Positions 1 through 12,249 of a stretch of DNA of 64,000 nt are shown here, piece after piece; the first letter of the stretch is position 1; each line of letters starts with the position of its first letter. Both the position numbers and the translations under genes were made by a program. The notes beneath the pieces were generated by a model. That model searched no databases and was not told where the DNA came from. It worked only from the letters and a program-made list of their open reading frames with translations. The stretch comes from Negaprion brevirostris (taxonomy: Eukaryota). Where the stretch lies: contig JARDVH010000001.1 of the NCBI GenBank assembly GCA_030324005.1, forward strand, positions 140,804,662 to 140,868,661, given 5' to 3'.

Positions 1-1119
1 ATGCAATTGATCTAATCCAATAGTTCAAACCACCATGATGATATTGACTTATTTTTGACTTAGCTTGCAGACTGAAAACTGTTCTGATATTATGTATGGA
101 TCTAATGGCTTTTGATCAGATTTTGTACCACGCGCAAGATGTGTCAGCTCGGACAATGAGGCCTGAATCTCCTTCATAGTGGCTAGTGAAGGATTGGGAT
201 AAAACGTACCCTGTCATTATCATAGCCTATTTTGCTGGTTTGGGAATTAGCATCTATTAGGATGAGCTCGCAGCAGTATCACACCATCGAGAAGGGAGCT
301 AGACGTTAATGAGGATGAAGTTGTGACTGTACTACAGTGGCGGCAGAACCAGACGACAAGGGGACAGATTTAAAGGGCAGAAGAGAGATTGAAGAGTTGA
401 CAGGAGGATTATTTTGGGTGTTTAAACTCAGCAGAAGCTTAATAAAATAAGTTTTTAACCTAGAGGAGAGTGAAAGGTGCCCAATACTGCAATCTCTTCC
501 TTCAAAAATGGAGTCAGTCAACCTTTCAATTCCGCAGCAAGAACTACTGCTAGACTTTCATAACTGACTTTGAGATCAGCAGTATTAACAGAAAATGACA
601 AGGAAATAGTGTGCGTTGCTGTGCAGTGCCTTCCCACTAGTGCCTTTTCTCCTGCTGTCATCTACATTTGCTAGGCAGTGAACAGACGGCCAACAACTTG
701 CCCTGATGTGACAGGATACGGGAAATATCTAGCTTAAGGTCGAAATTTGGCGATTGGCTTTCTCCCAGATTTTCCTTGGTTTTGCCAATGCTGTACTACC
801 TGCAATTGAGCAGTATAGGTTGGGGATATTCAGACTTTACCATTTGGTGCATTCCATTTCCTGATTGCAAGAATACAATCAAAAGGAGGAATTAAGGCAT
901 CATTACTGCAAACTCAGGAATAAGTTGCAGTTACTATCTGAAACGCTCTGTATCTAATATGAAAATATATTAATAAACTTCAGTCCTAAATGTGAAAGGG
1001 AAGCTTGATATTTAACTAAAAAAATGTTTCAGCTGTGTTTCACTTGGCATGATGCATGAAGATCAGAGGTTTATTACTGCTGAATTTGCAATTTGTGTAC
1101 TTATTTTTCCTCAACTTAG

Positions 1120-1381
1120 GGTCCAAATGCCCTTGTGACATACACAATTATCAGCGGGGCGGACAACAGTTTCCGCATTGATCCAGAATCTGGAGATCTT
1201 CTAGCCACTAAGCGTTTGGACCGAGAGCGTCGTTCCAAATATTCCCTATTGGTCCGAGCCGATGATGGGCTGCAGTCCTCAGATATGCGAATCAACATCA
1301 CCGTCAGTGATATTAATGATCACACGCCTAAGTTCTCCAAAGATGTATATTCATTTGATATACCCGAGGACGCTACACCAG
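1120..1381 (+). CDS. FAT4: FAT4 (protocadherin Fat 4) internal coding exon A, 262 nt, phase 0 to 1
   Basis: Acceptor ttatttttcctcaacttAG at 1118-1119; donor G|GTaaaa at 1382. Translates GPNALVTYTIISGADNSFRIDPESGDLLATKRLDRERRSKYSLLVRADDGLQSSDMRINITVSDINDHTPKFSKDVYSFDIPEDATP. It has the cadherin LDRE, DxND and PE motifs and is nearly identical to vertebrate FAT4 as I recall it. Confidence 0.96.
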
Positions 1382-1584
1382 GTAAAAAGAGAAACTACAG
1401 CAAATCTCACAGTATTAACAATGGATAATAATATTAGTAGAATAAATACAAACAAATATCCATGTTGTCTGATTGGCTAACTTAGGAGCAGTTCCCATGA
1501 TTCTGTTTTCACTTTAATATTCTTCAGCTCTCTGCCCAAAGGCAGCTACTTGCTCTTTATTCACCAACCGTGGCAAAGCATTGT

Positions 1585-1715
1585 GATTTTTTTACCATGG
1601 GGGGTAAGGCGAAGAATCTACCTCAGCCAGAATGAGGAAAGATCGAACCTAATAAGCCCAACTGCTGTTGGCAATAATCTGATCCTCATGCTAGCCAACT
1701 GGCCCATCTCACTCT
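1585..1715 (-). mobile_element. Degenerate tRNA-derived SINE fragment (same family as 34625-34830)
   Basis: Reverse complement reads ggctagcatgaggatcagattattgccaacagcagttgg...ggttcgatc...ggctgaggtagattc. This parallels the + strand copy ggctagcgtgtgaatgatgccaacaatgtggattcaatccc...ggctgtggtagttc. Confidence 0.45.
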
Positions 1716-2334
1716 TTAAAGGAAATCCTATTTTTTCTCCAATGTAAGGCCATTTTAACCAATTATCACACTTAAGTAGCCTATTGAGTAACCATCATAA
1801 AATGCCATGCTTCCTGGCTACGTGTATCGTCTAGGCATAAGATGGTAATGTACTGGCATCATGCTGAACATGGCTCCAGTTAACTCGGGTCAAGTTCCAT
1901 TATTTATATGTAATTGTTAGTTACTTGTCTGCAAAACAAGAGGCCAAGTGCTAAGGGATACCATATGTTATAAACTATCCCAAGCTGATCTGCACTGTAT
2001 CTTCCCTGTCTCTGGCCTGGATTGTGCTGTCAGCTGCCCTTGAGCAGAAATGCATAGTAAACAAGCTCTGAGGCTTAACTAGAATGTCCTGTATAAATAT
2101 ATCTTGATAAATAAATATGTAGAAGTGTTTTGAAATAATGTCTACCATAAATAATGAGTGAAATGTTTCAATTTTACATTCTTTGAAGAAAGGTCATGGA
2201 CCTGGATTGTCCTCAGAGGTGTTCTCTTGGGAGCGAGATCACAGGAAGGGGTCAACCAATCGCAGTGGAATTTTGTTGCAACAGGTCTGCATGACAAAAA
2301 TCCTTTGGATCCCAGAAGCTGTACTTATTCCATC

Positions 2335-2530
2335 ACATTGCTGTTCCTTCACAATCTAGAGTCAAAATCCTAGAATTTCTTCCCTAATGGCATTGTGGGT
2401 CAACCCACAGATCATGGACTGCAGCGATTCAAGAAGGTGGCTCAGCACCACCTTCTCAAGTGCAACTAGGGATGGGCAATAAGTGCTGGCTAGCCAGTAT
2501 CACCCATGTCCCACGAATGAATTAAAAAAA
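2335..2530 (+). mobile_element. 3' end of a CR1-group LINE (tail GGGATGGGCAATAAxTGCTGGC...CCCACGAATGAATTAAAAAAA)
   Basis: Contains catggactgcagcgattcaagaaggtggctcagcaccaccttctcaag followed by a tail and an A-run. The same sequence recurs at ~6480-6635 (+) and 35420-35625 (-). Confidence 0.8.
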
Positions 2531-4441
2531 TCTTGCCAGAGGTAATTGTAAATAAATGCCCCAGTGTTTATGGGGATGGAACGGAGGCCAGTATAATCGG
2601 CTAGGAAACCCAGAAATGTTGGAAATGTAGATATCTTGCCAAATATAATAAGATATTATTAGAACTTTTGAACTCCCTTTGCCATCTGACAGTCAGCTAT
2701 ATTGCAGGCTGCCAGCTGCCAGATGAGAAAACCTGAAGTACACAGCCACAGCCATGGATCACTGGAGGCAAACACAGGCAATTTGAGAAGGTCGGATATT
2801 GGCAAGGGGACTCAAGCACACCAGAGATTGTAACAACAGAGAGGTCATTGGAAAGGGTGAGAGATTGCAGAGGTGTATAGATAGTGGAGGAAAAAGATCA
2901 CGCTGGAGAGATTGTGAGGAAGAAGAGATTTTAGAGCGAAAGGTTGCATGGAAGAAATTTGCAGAGAGGGATCGGAGGAGGGAGAGAATTTGGGAGAAAG
3001 ATCACGGAGAAGCTGATGAATCATAGAGAGGAATAGATTATTGCAGCAGGTTTGGTTAGAATTCCATTGGAACCCAAAAGCTGAGGCGCTGAGTCTCACT
3101 GAGAATTCTACATTGTGTGTTATTTGTTTGGTCCAACACATGATGTTAAAGTGGGTGTGTTTGCAGCTGCCTAGGGTTGAGTTTAACCTTTTCCTCTCCT
3201 GCCTGTCATGGGATGAAGGGGGGNNNNNNNNNNNNNNNNNNNNNNNNNNNNNNNNNNNNNNNNNNNNNNNNNNNNNNNNNNNNNNNNNNNNNNNNNNNNN
3301 NNNNNNNNNNNNNNNNNNNNNNNCCCCCCCCCCCCCCCCCCCCCCATGTTGTTGCGAAGTGAAACTTATTCTGATGTTTCTGCTGCATCCACAAGAAAGT
3401 AACAATTGACAGAGCAGAACAGCTCGAACGAAGTTTGCAGACATTATCTCCATTTATTTATCTCCCTTTCCTTGGGAGAGTCTTATCATTAGTTTCACTA
3501 TTTTGTGAGATATAGTTAGGATGGAATGGTGCATGGCCAAAGTGGAAAAGTCAACATGACCAAAAGATTTACAAGGTTAGTTATTAAAAGAAAATATGAA
3601 CATTTTAGGACCCGGTTGTTTACTGGTGTTTACAGTGCAAGACGGTGATAACCAAACTGAATATTTACAAGTGTATATCGAAGTCCTAAACAGCTTCTGA
3701 TTAATCAATTGTATTACATGCTATAAATATTAACAACTGAAGGCTTTCTAGTTCTACAATATTATTGAATAGACCTTTTGGAAAAGCAAAGTGTGCTTAT
3801 TAAGCAATGAAAAATCAGAAGCTACAAAGGCATACCCAGCCCAGTTGCTGCAAAATGCTCTTCACTAACATATAAGGACTTGTGCCAAAATTGAGAGCTG
3901 TCCCATAAATATTTTGAGAAACTACTTGACAGAGTCCCAGAATCATACCTTACAGCCGTACTGGCCCAGATTCCTCCATCTCAGCCTCTGACCATGTTCT
4001 GTCCTACCAGTAGGACAGACCCACAAGAGTTGGCAGTATAGTGGTATACAATCCTCAACATTGATTTAGGACCCCATGAAATCTCATTACATCAAATCAA
4101 TATGAGCAAGCAAACCTCCTGCTGGTTGCCACCTACTGCCCTCCCTCAGCTGATAAATCTTCCATTTTAAATACCAATTAGAAGAAGCACATAGGGCCAG
4201 CAACTGCATAGAATGTACTCTGGGTAGGGGATGCATGTCTCCATGATAGTTCTATTGAAGTTACCACCACACAGGTTTTATAGCAACAAAGCCCACCTTC
4301 ACATGAGAACATCCTCCACCATCTTGTATGACATTTACACCGTGCTAAATAGTATAAGTTCAGAATAGACCTGAATGAGGTGCTGTGACTAACAGCAGTG
4401 GCAAATTTGTATTACATTAAAATCTGTTACCTCATAGCATG

Positions 4442-4655
4442 GCATGTCCCCCTGCCTGCGTGGCTTTCCTTCGAGTTCTCCGGTTTTCTGCCACAGTCAA
4501 AAGATTTGTGGTTTAGGTTGATTGGCTGTGTTAAATTGACCCTAGTGTCGGGATAACACGTGGGGTTGTGTGAATGGGCCTGGGTGGTATTGTGAGCGAT
4601 GCAGACGCGATTGGCTGAATGGCCTCCTTCTGCACTGTAGGAATTCTATGATTCT
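4442..4655 (+). mobile_element. 5'-truncated HE1-like V-SINE with CR1-type tail
   Basis: V-domain cctgcgtggctttccttcgagttctccggttttctgccacagtcaaaagat and tail gaatggcctccttctgcactgtaggaattctatgattct. Homologous to 27325-27669. Confidence 0.8.
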
Positions 4656-4659
4656 TTGC

Positions 4660-4880
4660 ACAAAGGGTTTTGTATTTTTGGAGTTTTCTACCCCAGAGAT
4701 GTTTCATTACTGAAACAGAGATCAATAGATTTTTATGCACTAAGTGAATTAAGGGATATGGGCATAATGTAGGAAGATGGAATTGAGGTAAATGATTAGC
4801 CATTGTGGTAGTGAATTGCAGAGCAGGCTTGAAGGGTCAAATGCCCTACATCTGCTCCCTATTTCTTGTGCTCTTATGTC
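4660..4880 (+). mobile_element. CR1 LINE 3' end fragment
   Basis: gagatcaatagattttt...aagggatatggg...gagcaggcttgaagggtcaaatgccctacatctgctccctatttcttgtgctcttatg is a typical CR1 terminal hairpin plus short repeat. Confidence 0.7.
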
Positions 4881-5741
4881 AAGAAGCGCTTAAACACTCT
4901 GGTTACAGTAATGACGACAGACCTATCTGTAGTACTGAACACTTGTTCTCAAGAACCAGCCACGCTCTAGCAACCTAGTCTAGCTCAGCTGCAATACTGC
5001 TGGTATTTACTTGGCAGAGTGGTATATTGCCAAGGAATAGCCTATCCAAAAAGAGGGAGGACAAGTCCAGTCCAGCATATGAACAACTCCTTTCAGTCTT
5101 CAGCTGAGTGGTGAAAGATGTCATTGATGCTTTCAAGCAGCCATTACTCCAATAACCTGCTGCTCCTAATTAGTTTGGTTCTGTCAGGAACAGTCAGTTC
5201 CTGTCCTCATTACACCTTTAATCCAAACAAGTACAAAAGGACTGAGGGTTTTAGTTAAGTCGGGCAGCATGGTCGGTGCAGGTTTGGCGGGCCGACGGGT
5301 CTTTTTTTTTGCTCTGAATTCTAGANNNNNNNNNNCAGGGTAGTATTTGGTCAAGTGTGGCAATAGGAAGCCCTCATGAAATTAAAGTCATTGGAAATTT
5401 AGGAGCAAACTTTGTACCAGTGAAGTCATATCTTGCACAAAGTAAGGTGGTTGTGGTCATTGGAGATCAGTAATTTCAGGACATTGCTGCAGGAGTCCGT
5501 TGGACAGTGTGCTTGGTCCAGCCAACTTCAGCTGCTTCAGCATTGACCTTATATCCGTCATAAGTTCAGAATGGAGGTGCTTGCTGATCATTACAATGTT
5601 TCGGTCCATTTCCAACTCTTCTGGTAATGAACCAGCCCATGCTTGGATGCAGCACGACCTGGACAACATTCACCCTTGGGCTGACAAGTAACATTCAGGT
5701 CATGCAAAAGCTCAGCAATAACTGTCTCCAATAGAAGAGAT

Positions 5742-5960
5742 AAAATTAGAAAATGCTGAAAAAACTCAGCAAATCTGGCAGCATCTGTGGCAAGCGAAAC
5801 AGACATTTTGAGTCTGTATGACTAAAACTGATATTGGACTCAAAACATTAATTCTATTTGTCTCTCCAAAGATGCTGCCAAATTTGCTGAGTTTTCCCAG
5901 AATTTTCTGTTTTGTTTTATTTCCAATTTCCAGCATCCACAGCATTTTGCTTGTGTTTTA
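5742..5960. mobile_element. Palindromic non-autonomous element, probably Penelope-derived (about 70-nt inverted arms)
   Basis: Left arm agaaaatgctgaaaaaactcagcaaatctggcagcatctgtgg...ttttgagtc pairs with right arm gactcaaaa...tccaaagatgctgccaaatttgctgagttttcccagaattttct. It is inserted in the CR1-group fossil. Confidence 0.7.
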
Positions 5961-7014
5961 GTATCCAATAACACAAAATGTAACCATCTCTCATTGACAT
6001 TCAAAGACATTACTATTATTGAGCCCCCTATAATTGACATCCTTGTGGGGCCATGGATGATTATTACTGAACAGAAATTGACTGGATCAGATAAATAATT
6101 ACTGTAGCTGGAGAAGGTCAGAAGCTGATATTTTGTGGTGTATAACTCACCTCCTGACTTCCCAATGACTTTTCAGTATCTATAAAGAGAAATTTGGAGT
6201 GCAATGAATACTTAAAACCTGCCTGGATGAGTGCAACTCCATCAAAAAGCAAGAGGGCAATACCACCAGGTATAAAGCAGTTGCTTTATTGACACATCAT
6301 CCAGCATCTTGAATACATCCACCTTTGGTGAACCCTAGCTGCAGCATGTACCATTCACAAGATACACTGTAGCAACTCACAAAGGCTTCTCTGACAGCAT
6401 TTCCCAAACTTGCAATTCTATCACCTAGAACAGGAAGAGTAGAAGGCAACACCACCATTTCCAAGTCACACATCCAGCTTTGATTTGGAAATATATTATT
6501 GTTCCTTTATTGTTGCTGGGCTAACATCCTGAAACTATCTCCCTAACAGCATCATAGGGCTATCTTCACCACATGGATTATAGCTGTACAAGAAGGTGGT
6601 TAGGAATGGGCAATAATTACTGGTTTTGCTAACGATAAATAATTCTGTAAAATGTATTATGCAAAATGCTTTGTACAAATTTGACAAATGCCATGTAGAA
6701 ACTGCTCATTTTAATTAGTGTGCACCATAATCTTGTGGGCTTTGGCATTTTGATTTTAATGCTTCATAAATGGCACAGATGAAAATTGTTTTGGAACAGG
6801 GCAGCTACAAGAGTAGTGATAGAAACAAGATGTTACTGATGCTATTGAAATGAAAATTGTTCATTGAAGGTAAGTCGTTCCTTTCTTTTTCAAAAAGAAA
6901 ATAAGGAAATATTTAGAAATGACAGAAGGTTTGATTTTTTTTAATGAAGAATCTCAATGCTACATTTTTAAAAATGTTGTTAGAGATTTTAAAAACTTTA
7001 TTTAAATGTTTTAG

Positions 7015-7365
7015 GTTCCATTGTGGCAGCCACCTTGGCCAATGATGCAGATTCTGGCACAAATGGGGAAATCACATACATGGTAGAAGAGGATGATGAA
7101 GATGGGATGTTTTTCCTCAATTCTGTGACCGGTGTTTTCAATCTGACTCGAACCCTGGATTATGAGAAGCAACCGTATTACATTCTGACTGTGCGGGCAG
7201 AAGATGGCGGCGGACAGTTCAGCACAGTGAGAGTTTACTTCAATGTGCTGGATGTGAACGATAATCCTCCCGTTTTCAACCCTTCAACTTACAGCACTTC
7301 AGTGATGGAAAACCTTCCTCTTGGAGTGAGCATCCTAACCGTTAAAGCAACTGACGCAGATGATG
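7015..7365 (+). CDS. FAT4: FAT4 internal coding exon B, 351 nt, phase 1 to 1
   Basis: Acceptor aatgttttAG at 7013-7014; donor G|GTacgt at 7366. Translates (G)SIVAATLANDADSGTNGEITYMVEEDDEDGMFFLNSVTGVFNLTRTLDYEKQPYYILTVRAEDGGGQFSTVRVYFNVLDVNDNPPVF...ATDADD. In frame with exon A. Confidence 0.96.
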
Positions 7366-7754
7366 GTACGTATGATAGAAAAGTTACGGATAAATTACGG
7401 CTATACTAATGCCAGTCAGTATTGCAATAAGTGCTTCATCTCTCAATGACATTCAGTCGATTTCCAGAGAGTCACGTTCTTTTTCCTGTTGAAAATGGCT
7501 GGGGTAATTGTACATTGAGAATAATGCTTCTATAGCTATTTGGACAAATCCATGAGGCTGAGGTTTGGCATTTGTAATTTACTACCTACCCATTCACCCT
7601 AAGTTCCTTCAGAATTAATCTGAGTTATGATTTGCAATATAGCAAAGCATAAGTATGAATTCATAGATTTTTTTAAACTCTTTCAAATTGCACCTCTGTA
7701 TTTTTTCAAAAGAAGCCATATCTTTTTACTTCTGCCTCATAATTCAGTCAGATT

Positions 7755-8030
7755 GAGTGGGCGGGGGGGGGAGGTGGTTGGGTCAGGTCAGGGATAGCTG
7801 AGTGGTTAGGGCGTAATTGGATTGGGTTGTGGACAGTCAAGAGGGCGGGGTGGTAATCAGAAATAGATTGAGTTAGAATGGGGTAGTCAGATCAGGTTGG
7901 TAGTCAGATTGGATTGGGGTGGGAGGGGCGTAGTTGGATTGGATCAGGGGTAGCTGAGTGAATAGGGGATTCTAGGATTGGGTCAGAGGTGTAGTTTGGG
8001 GCAGGGTGTGTGGTTGTTGTGGGTTCAAGT
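7755..8030 (+). repeat. G/T-rich degenerate minisatellite-like tract
   Basis: Recurrent units such as ggggtagtcagat, ttggattggg and gggtagctgagtg, with very strong G over C skew. Confidence 0.6.
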
Positions 8031-10533
8031 TGTGAAGATCCCTCGCTGTTAGAGAAGGCTTTATCCGTCTAACGTTTCCTGGGTAACTGTTCAGGTATGT
8101 AAATCAAAAATGTCTATGTCAGAGATGTTTGCTGAGTTGTGGAGGGACTGGGGGAGTAGAGGAATTGTCCATCAGAACTTCCCAGGCAATCCCCACGTTG
8201 GTCAGCATGTCAGGACTTCCACAAAGTACTGTTGCGCATTTACGTCATATATCTGGTCCCTAACATTCGAGAGGCAAGATTTAGGTTTAATTTTGAACAT
8301 CTTTTAAATCTCATCCACTCTGAATGCACTAATATTTAGAGGGTTAAAACTCCCTTCCGGTTCTCTGACAAATTTAGCCTGAGATCCTATTAATATTCAA
8401 ATTATTCTCGATTGTTAATGCATCTCCAGTAACCTAGTTTCGGAGCTCATGTTTAACTCAACACCTGAATCTCTGCAAGGAAGGAACAAAGGTCTAAGCA
8501 AAGTTACTGACATTGAGAGAGATCCAAGAGCAGCAGAAACAGTGTCAGTTACTGTTGTTCTTAGCATTCCTTGAGGAATGTTTGGTTTGACACAGATGTT
8601 GAAGGGCAGCTGGAAGAGCTCTCGTGTTTCTGGTTAAACATAAGGCGCCTGGCTTAAGCACTTGTTGTTGTAGCTGTGTTGTTGCAGTCATGATTGTACA
8701 AATGTAAACATTTGATATAATTTTCCTATCTGTGAGAGAGCCACAAACAATGCAGATTAGATCAGTTGTAACAAATTGCACCATTATAGTNNNNNNNNNN
8801 NNNNNNNNNNNNNNNNNNNNNNNNNNNNNNATTTGAAGCTTTGTCGAATGCCTATCACTGGTAACATGATTACACATCACTAGATATCACTGCATAGTTC
8901 AAATTGTTCCCAAAGTAACCAAATAAAAGTCTACAGCATTTTCTTCCTACTTAACTCCCACACATAAACACTTTGTTAAGTCCTGCAGTTTTGAGTTTGC
9001 CAATGAAAATATTGGCAGCTTGGGCCCCAAGTCAAAATAGTATTGTTGAAAAAGAAGTCTAAAGTCTATTTCTTTTCCTTGTTTTTGAAAATATCAGGGT
9101 GTGGAATCCTGTGTCTGAATAATGAAACAAATTAAGAGTTTGTTCGAAGCAAAATAATAACCCACTTAGCTTATTATTAACTGCATAATTTGAAGAAAGT
9201 AATGTATTAAATTACATACTTTAATTGCCTACAACAGCATATCTGCTAGCTTTTACACATCCCAATCTCTGCCAGTACGTGCAGCTATTGTGTCATTAGT
9301 TCATATTGAGCTATTGTACTGGCTGTAAAAGCCCTTCTTGCATCTTAAGCATGGCTACACTCTAAATTGGTTCTGTTGTGATTTATGTGTGACAGTGGAA
9401 AGATAACAATCAGAAAGGTCATTGATGGGTTGCTGTTTATTTGTGGATATTGGAACTCTAACTGGAAAAAGTTGGTTTGCGCATTCAAATCTAATGACCC
9501 AGTTAGTCTAATTAGTCAGTGTTAAATGCAGCATTAGCCTTAAGATAAGAAACAATGATCGATTGGCAAAGGGCACAGTAACCCGCAAAGTACACGTTTA
9601 AAAATAATTCCATGTTGACTTGCATCATTATAATGCTCATAAAATTGTTACATCCCATCTACATGGCCAGTTGTGAATGGAGGTAACTCAGGGATGGATG
9701 CAATTTCAAAGTAAAGCTTAACCCCCTTATTGTGACTTAGAATCTTTATTTGATACTTGTGTAAATGAGTGCCCAATATGCCATTAGAGTAAGCCTTTGA
9801 TTTTCCACGCACTTATCTCTTGGCAACAACATACCACATTTGCACCATTGCCTAGAGCAATGCTAATACTGAGAACTAATACCATATTTATATTGCAATT
9901 TCTACNNNNNNNNNNNNNNNNNNNNNNNNNNNNNNNNNNNNNNNNNNNNNNNNNNNNNNNNNNNNNNNNNNNNNNNNNNNNNNNNNNNNNNNNNNNNNNN
10001 NNNNNCCATTAGTGCCATTTCTACTTGAAGTAGTTCCACAATATACTTGAACTCGATTTGCTCTGAATTGATCTAATTTGACCATAGAAGAACTTAAACG
10101 TCAGCAGTAATAGGGAAATAGCTGTACATATGCAGCTGTTGATAAGCCACTGAAGGTAATTTTGACTTTGTCAAGTGCCTCAAGACGTTTTGCTACATTA
10201 AAGTCACTTTATATCGGTGTGTGCAATATGAAATGTATAAAGAGAGAACCTGCAGCCTATTTTGCATCTCATCTCTCCCATTGTTTTTAATTCTAGTGAA
10301 GTGAGAGGTAAAACAGGCTCACATTCAGCTATCAGATTTGAGGAGCCTATAGTAACTGGCTGCTGCAGAGGCATTTATGTTTGCCATCAACGACATGGGG
10401 AGAAAAGCACCGTAAGGGTGCATGTAATTCCAAACGCATTGGCTGTACTTTGTATGGCGGCATGGTTACTGGAAAGTTGAGCCGTATAAAGTACAATGTC
10501 AGGCTTACAGTTGGAGCTATGCCTTTCAATTAA

Positions 10534-10700
10534 GGGTGAATCTTCATCGTCACTTCCTGGCCAATAATCTGGCAGAGTGGGTCACAACCCTTTGCCGAAG
10601 TCATTTGATTTTCATTCCACCATATTATAGAATTCATTGAGCAGGTGATCCGCTCTACCAGATTATCGCGCATGTACCCCTGTAGAGTTTACTTTTACCC
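10534..10700. mobile_element. MITE-like palindromic element
   Basis: Internal inverted repeat ataatctggcagagtgggtcac (10564-10585) pairs with gtgatccgctctaccagattat (10645-10666). Termini are gggtgaa and ttttaccc. Confidence 0.6.
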
Positions 10701-11083
10701 TGCAGTGTGCTCACACCTCTGGCGGATATTTTACATTCACCTCTTGCCATTGAATATCGCATTTGGTTGTTTTGATCATCTGTGGTAATAGGTTAAAAAC
10801 CAGACCATCATCTCCCTCGGTTGACATTTTCACCTCAATTTTATTATTTTAAACGGTTTCAAATTATGCATTTAAGAGTGGGAAAAAAATAGAAACATTT
10901 CACCCATCAGCACTCTAAAAAGATAGAATATTCTATATAAAGCCATTATCGTCTGTAGAGACAGGAAGGAAAGGAGCTCTTCAATACGATGCAGCAAAAT
11001 AAAAGGTAAAGTCAAGAATCAGGTTTCAACTAATAAAGGAACTGGTAAGTGTCTTTAATATATGTACTAAAAGGCTGGGAGGA

Positions 11084-11218
11084 GGCCAGAATTTTCCGAC
11101 GGTATACGCCAGTGGGGTTTTCCCATCCCGCTGCAGTGAATGGAGATCTGGCTTGTCACCAAAATCCTCATCTTCATGCAGCGGGAGCGTGGCGTGAATG
11201 GACAAAAAAATCGTGCCC
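11084..11218. mobile_element. MITE-like element (same family as 22426-22565)
   Basis: Imperfect TIRs ggccagaattttcc and aaaaaatcgtgccc. The core gcagtgaatggagatctggc is the reverse complement of cagccaaaactccattcactgg at ~22508-22529. Confidence 0.6.
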
Positions 11219-11339
11219 ATTAGATTTATCTCAGTCAGGCACGGAAGTGCATTGGAATGATGAAAAGGGGAGTGAAAGAACTTGAAAATAGATGAACTGA
11301 AGTAGAATACATGAGAAATCAGGCAGAAAAATAGGGAGA

Positions 11340-11690
11340 CAAGTAACGTCTCAGATTCTAAAGTTTTTGTTCAGTCTATCAGACTGCAATCTGGTCAAGA
11401 GGAAGATGAGATACTGCTACTAAAGTTTGTATTGGTTTTGGAAGAAAGTAGGAGAGCAAAAGCAGATGTGGGAAAGAGAGAGAGAGAACTAAAGTGGTGG
11501 GTGAGTCACTGACTTCAGAATTATGCTTGTGCTGAAGTTCTAAAAGTTTTCATCTGAATTGAATTTAGTTCCCAATGCAGAAGAAAACATGGTGAGCAGA
11601 GAACATAAGAAACAAACTGGAGTAAGTGCATGTAAATTGCTGCGTCATGTTGGAAAAGTGGTCCCTGCTCAGCAGTGGGTGAAGAGGCAA
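11340..11690 (-). mobile_element. Very decayed Penelope-like element fragment (GIY-YIG end region)
   Basis: ggaagatgagatactgctactaaagtttgtattgg...cccaatgcagaagaaaacatggtgagcagagaa...aagtgcatgtaaattgctgcgtca resembles the antisense of the shark Penelope GIY-YIG coding region as I recall it. There is no intact ORF. Confidence 0.4.
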
Positions 11691-12081
11691 GTAGCTAACA
11701 AAACATAGACAAGTAAAAAAAAGATGTTAGGCAGATAGTTGGGCCAGGGTAATCTCTTCCAATATGAATATTTTAATGAGGCTTCTGCCATTGTTTAGGC
11801 CATTTAAAATTTGCATTGGGCAACATGATAGCAATAAGATTTTGTTTAAGCGTTTGTCTAACAACAGTTTCATTCCCACAGAAAATGGAATGATAGTGAA
11901 ATGGAGATCTCTCCACATTGGTTAATAAGATTTGCTTCCAACTAATTCATCCATGTAGTTAGCTTGCCTTGATTTACCAGTGGATAAATATGTGTTGATA
12001 TATGTAGCATTGTGGAGGGAATTTGGCTGTAATTCAGATCACAACTAGATAGAAAGCTGAATCTCTGTTCTAAGAAATGTT

Positions 12082-12249
12082 GGGCGGGATTTTTAATGAA
12101 ACCCTGCCACGAAAGGTGACCCACGATTGATCATTGTCAATGGGGTTTCACATTGAATGTACCCCTCGCCGCCGTGCAAGCCATGGCAGGGTGCGCTCTC
12201 AGTGGGACTGCAAGATCCTGCTGACATGAATGACCAGAAAGTTCTGGCT
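12082..12249. mobile_element. MITE-like element (same family as 15417-15610)
   Basis: Termini gggcgggattttt and agaaagttctggct. The core tgtcaatggggtttcacattgaatg is shared with tgtcaatgggatttcccattgaatg at ~15503-15527. Confidence 0.6.

Larger units (their letters stand above)
3870..6640 (+). mobile_element. Old, heavily decayed CR1-group LINE (endonuclease-RT-tail) with nested insertions
   Basis: RT remnant DSVLGPANFSCFSIDL...MFRSI...DLDNIHPWADK at 5500-5691 resembles GVPQGSVLGP..F..FINDL...DL..I..WADKW. The 3' tail at ~6570-6635 matches the 2335-2530 family. An endonuclease-like region lies at ~3870-4400. Confidence 0.7.

Noticed and set aside
2770-3220. Purine-rich 75-aa and 122-aa ORFs
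   Set aside because: This is GA-rich sequence that looks like the antisense of an old L2-type LINE, but it is too decayed to call. There is no coding evidence.
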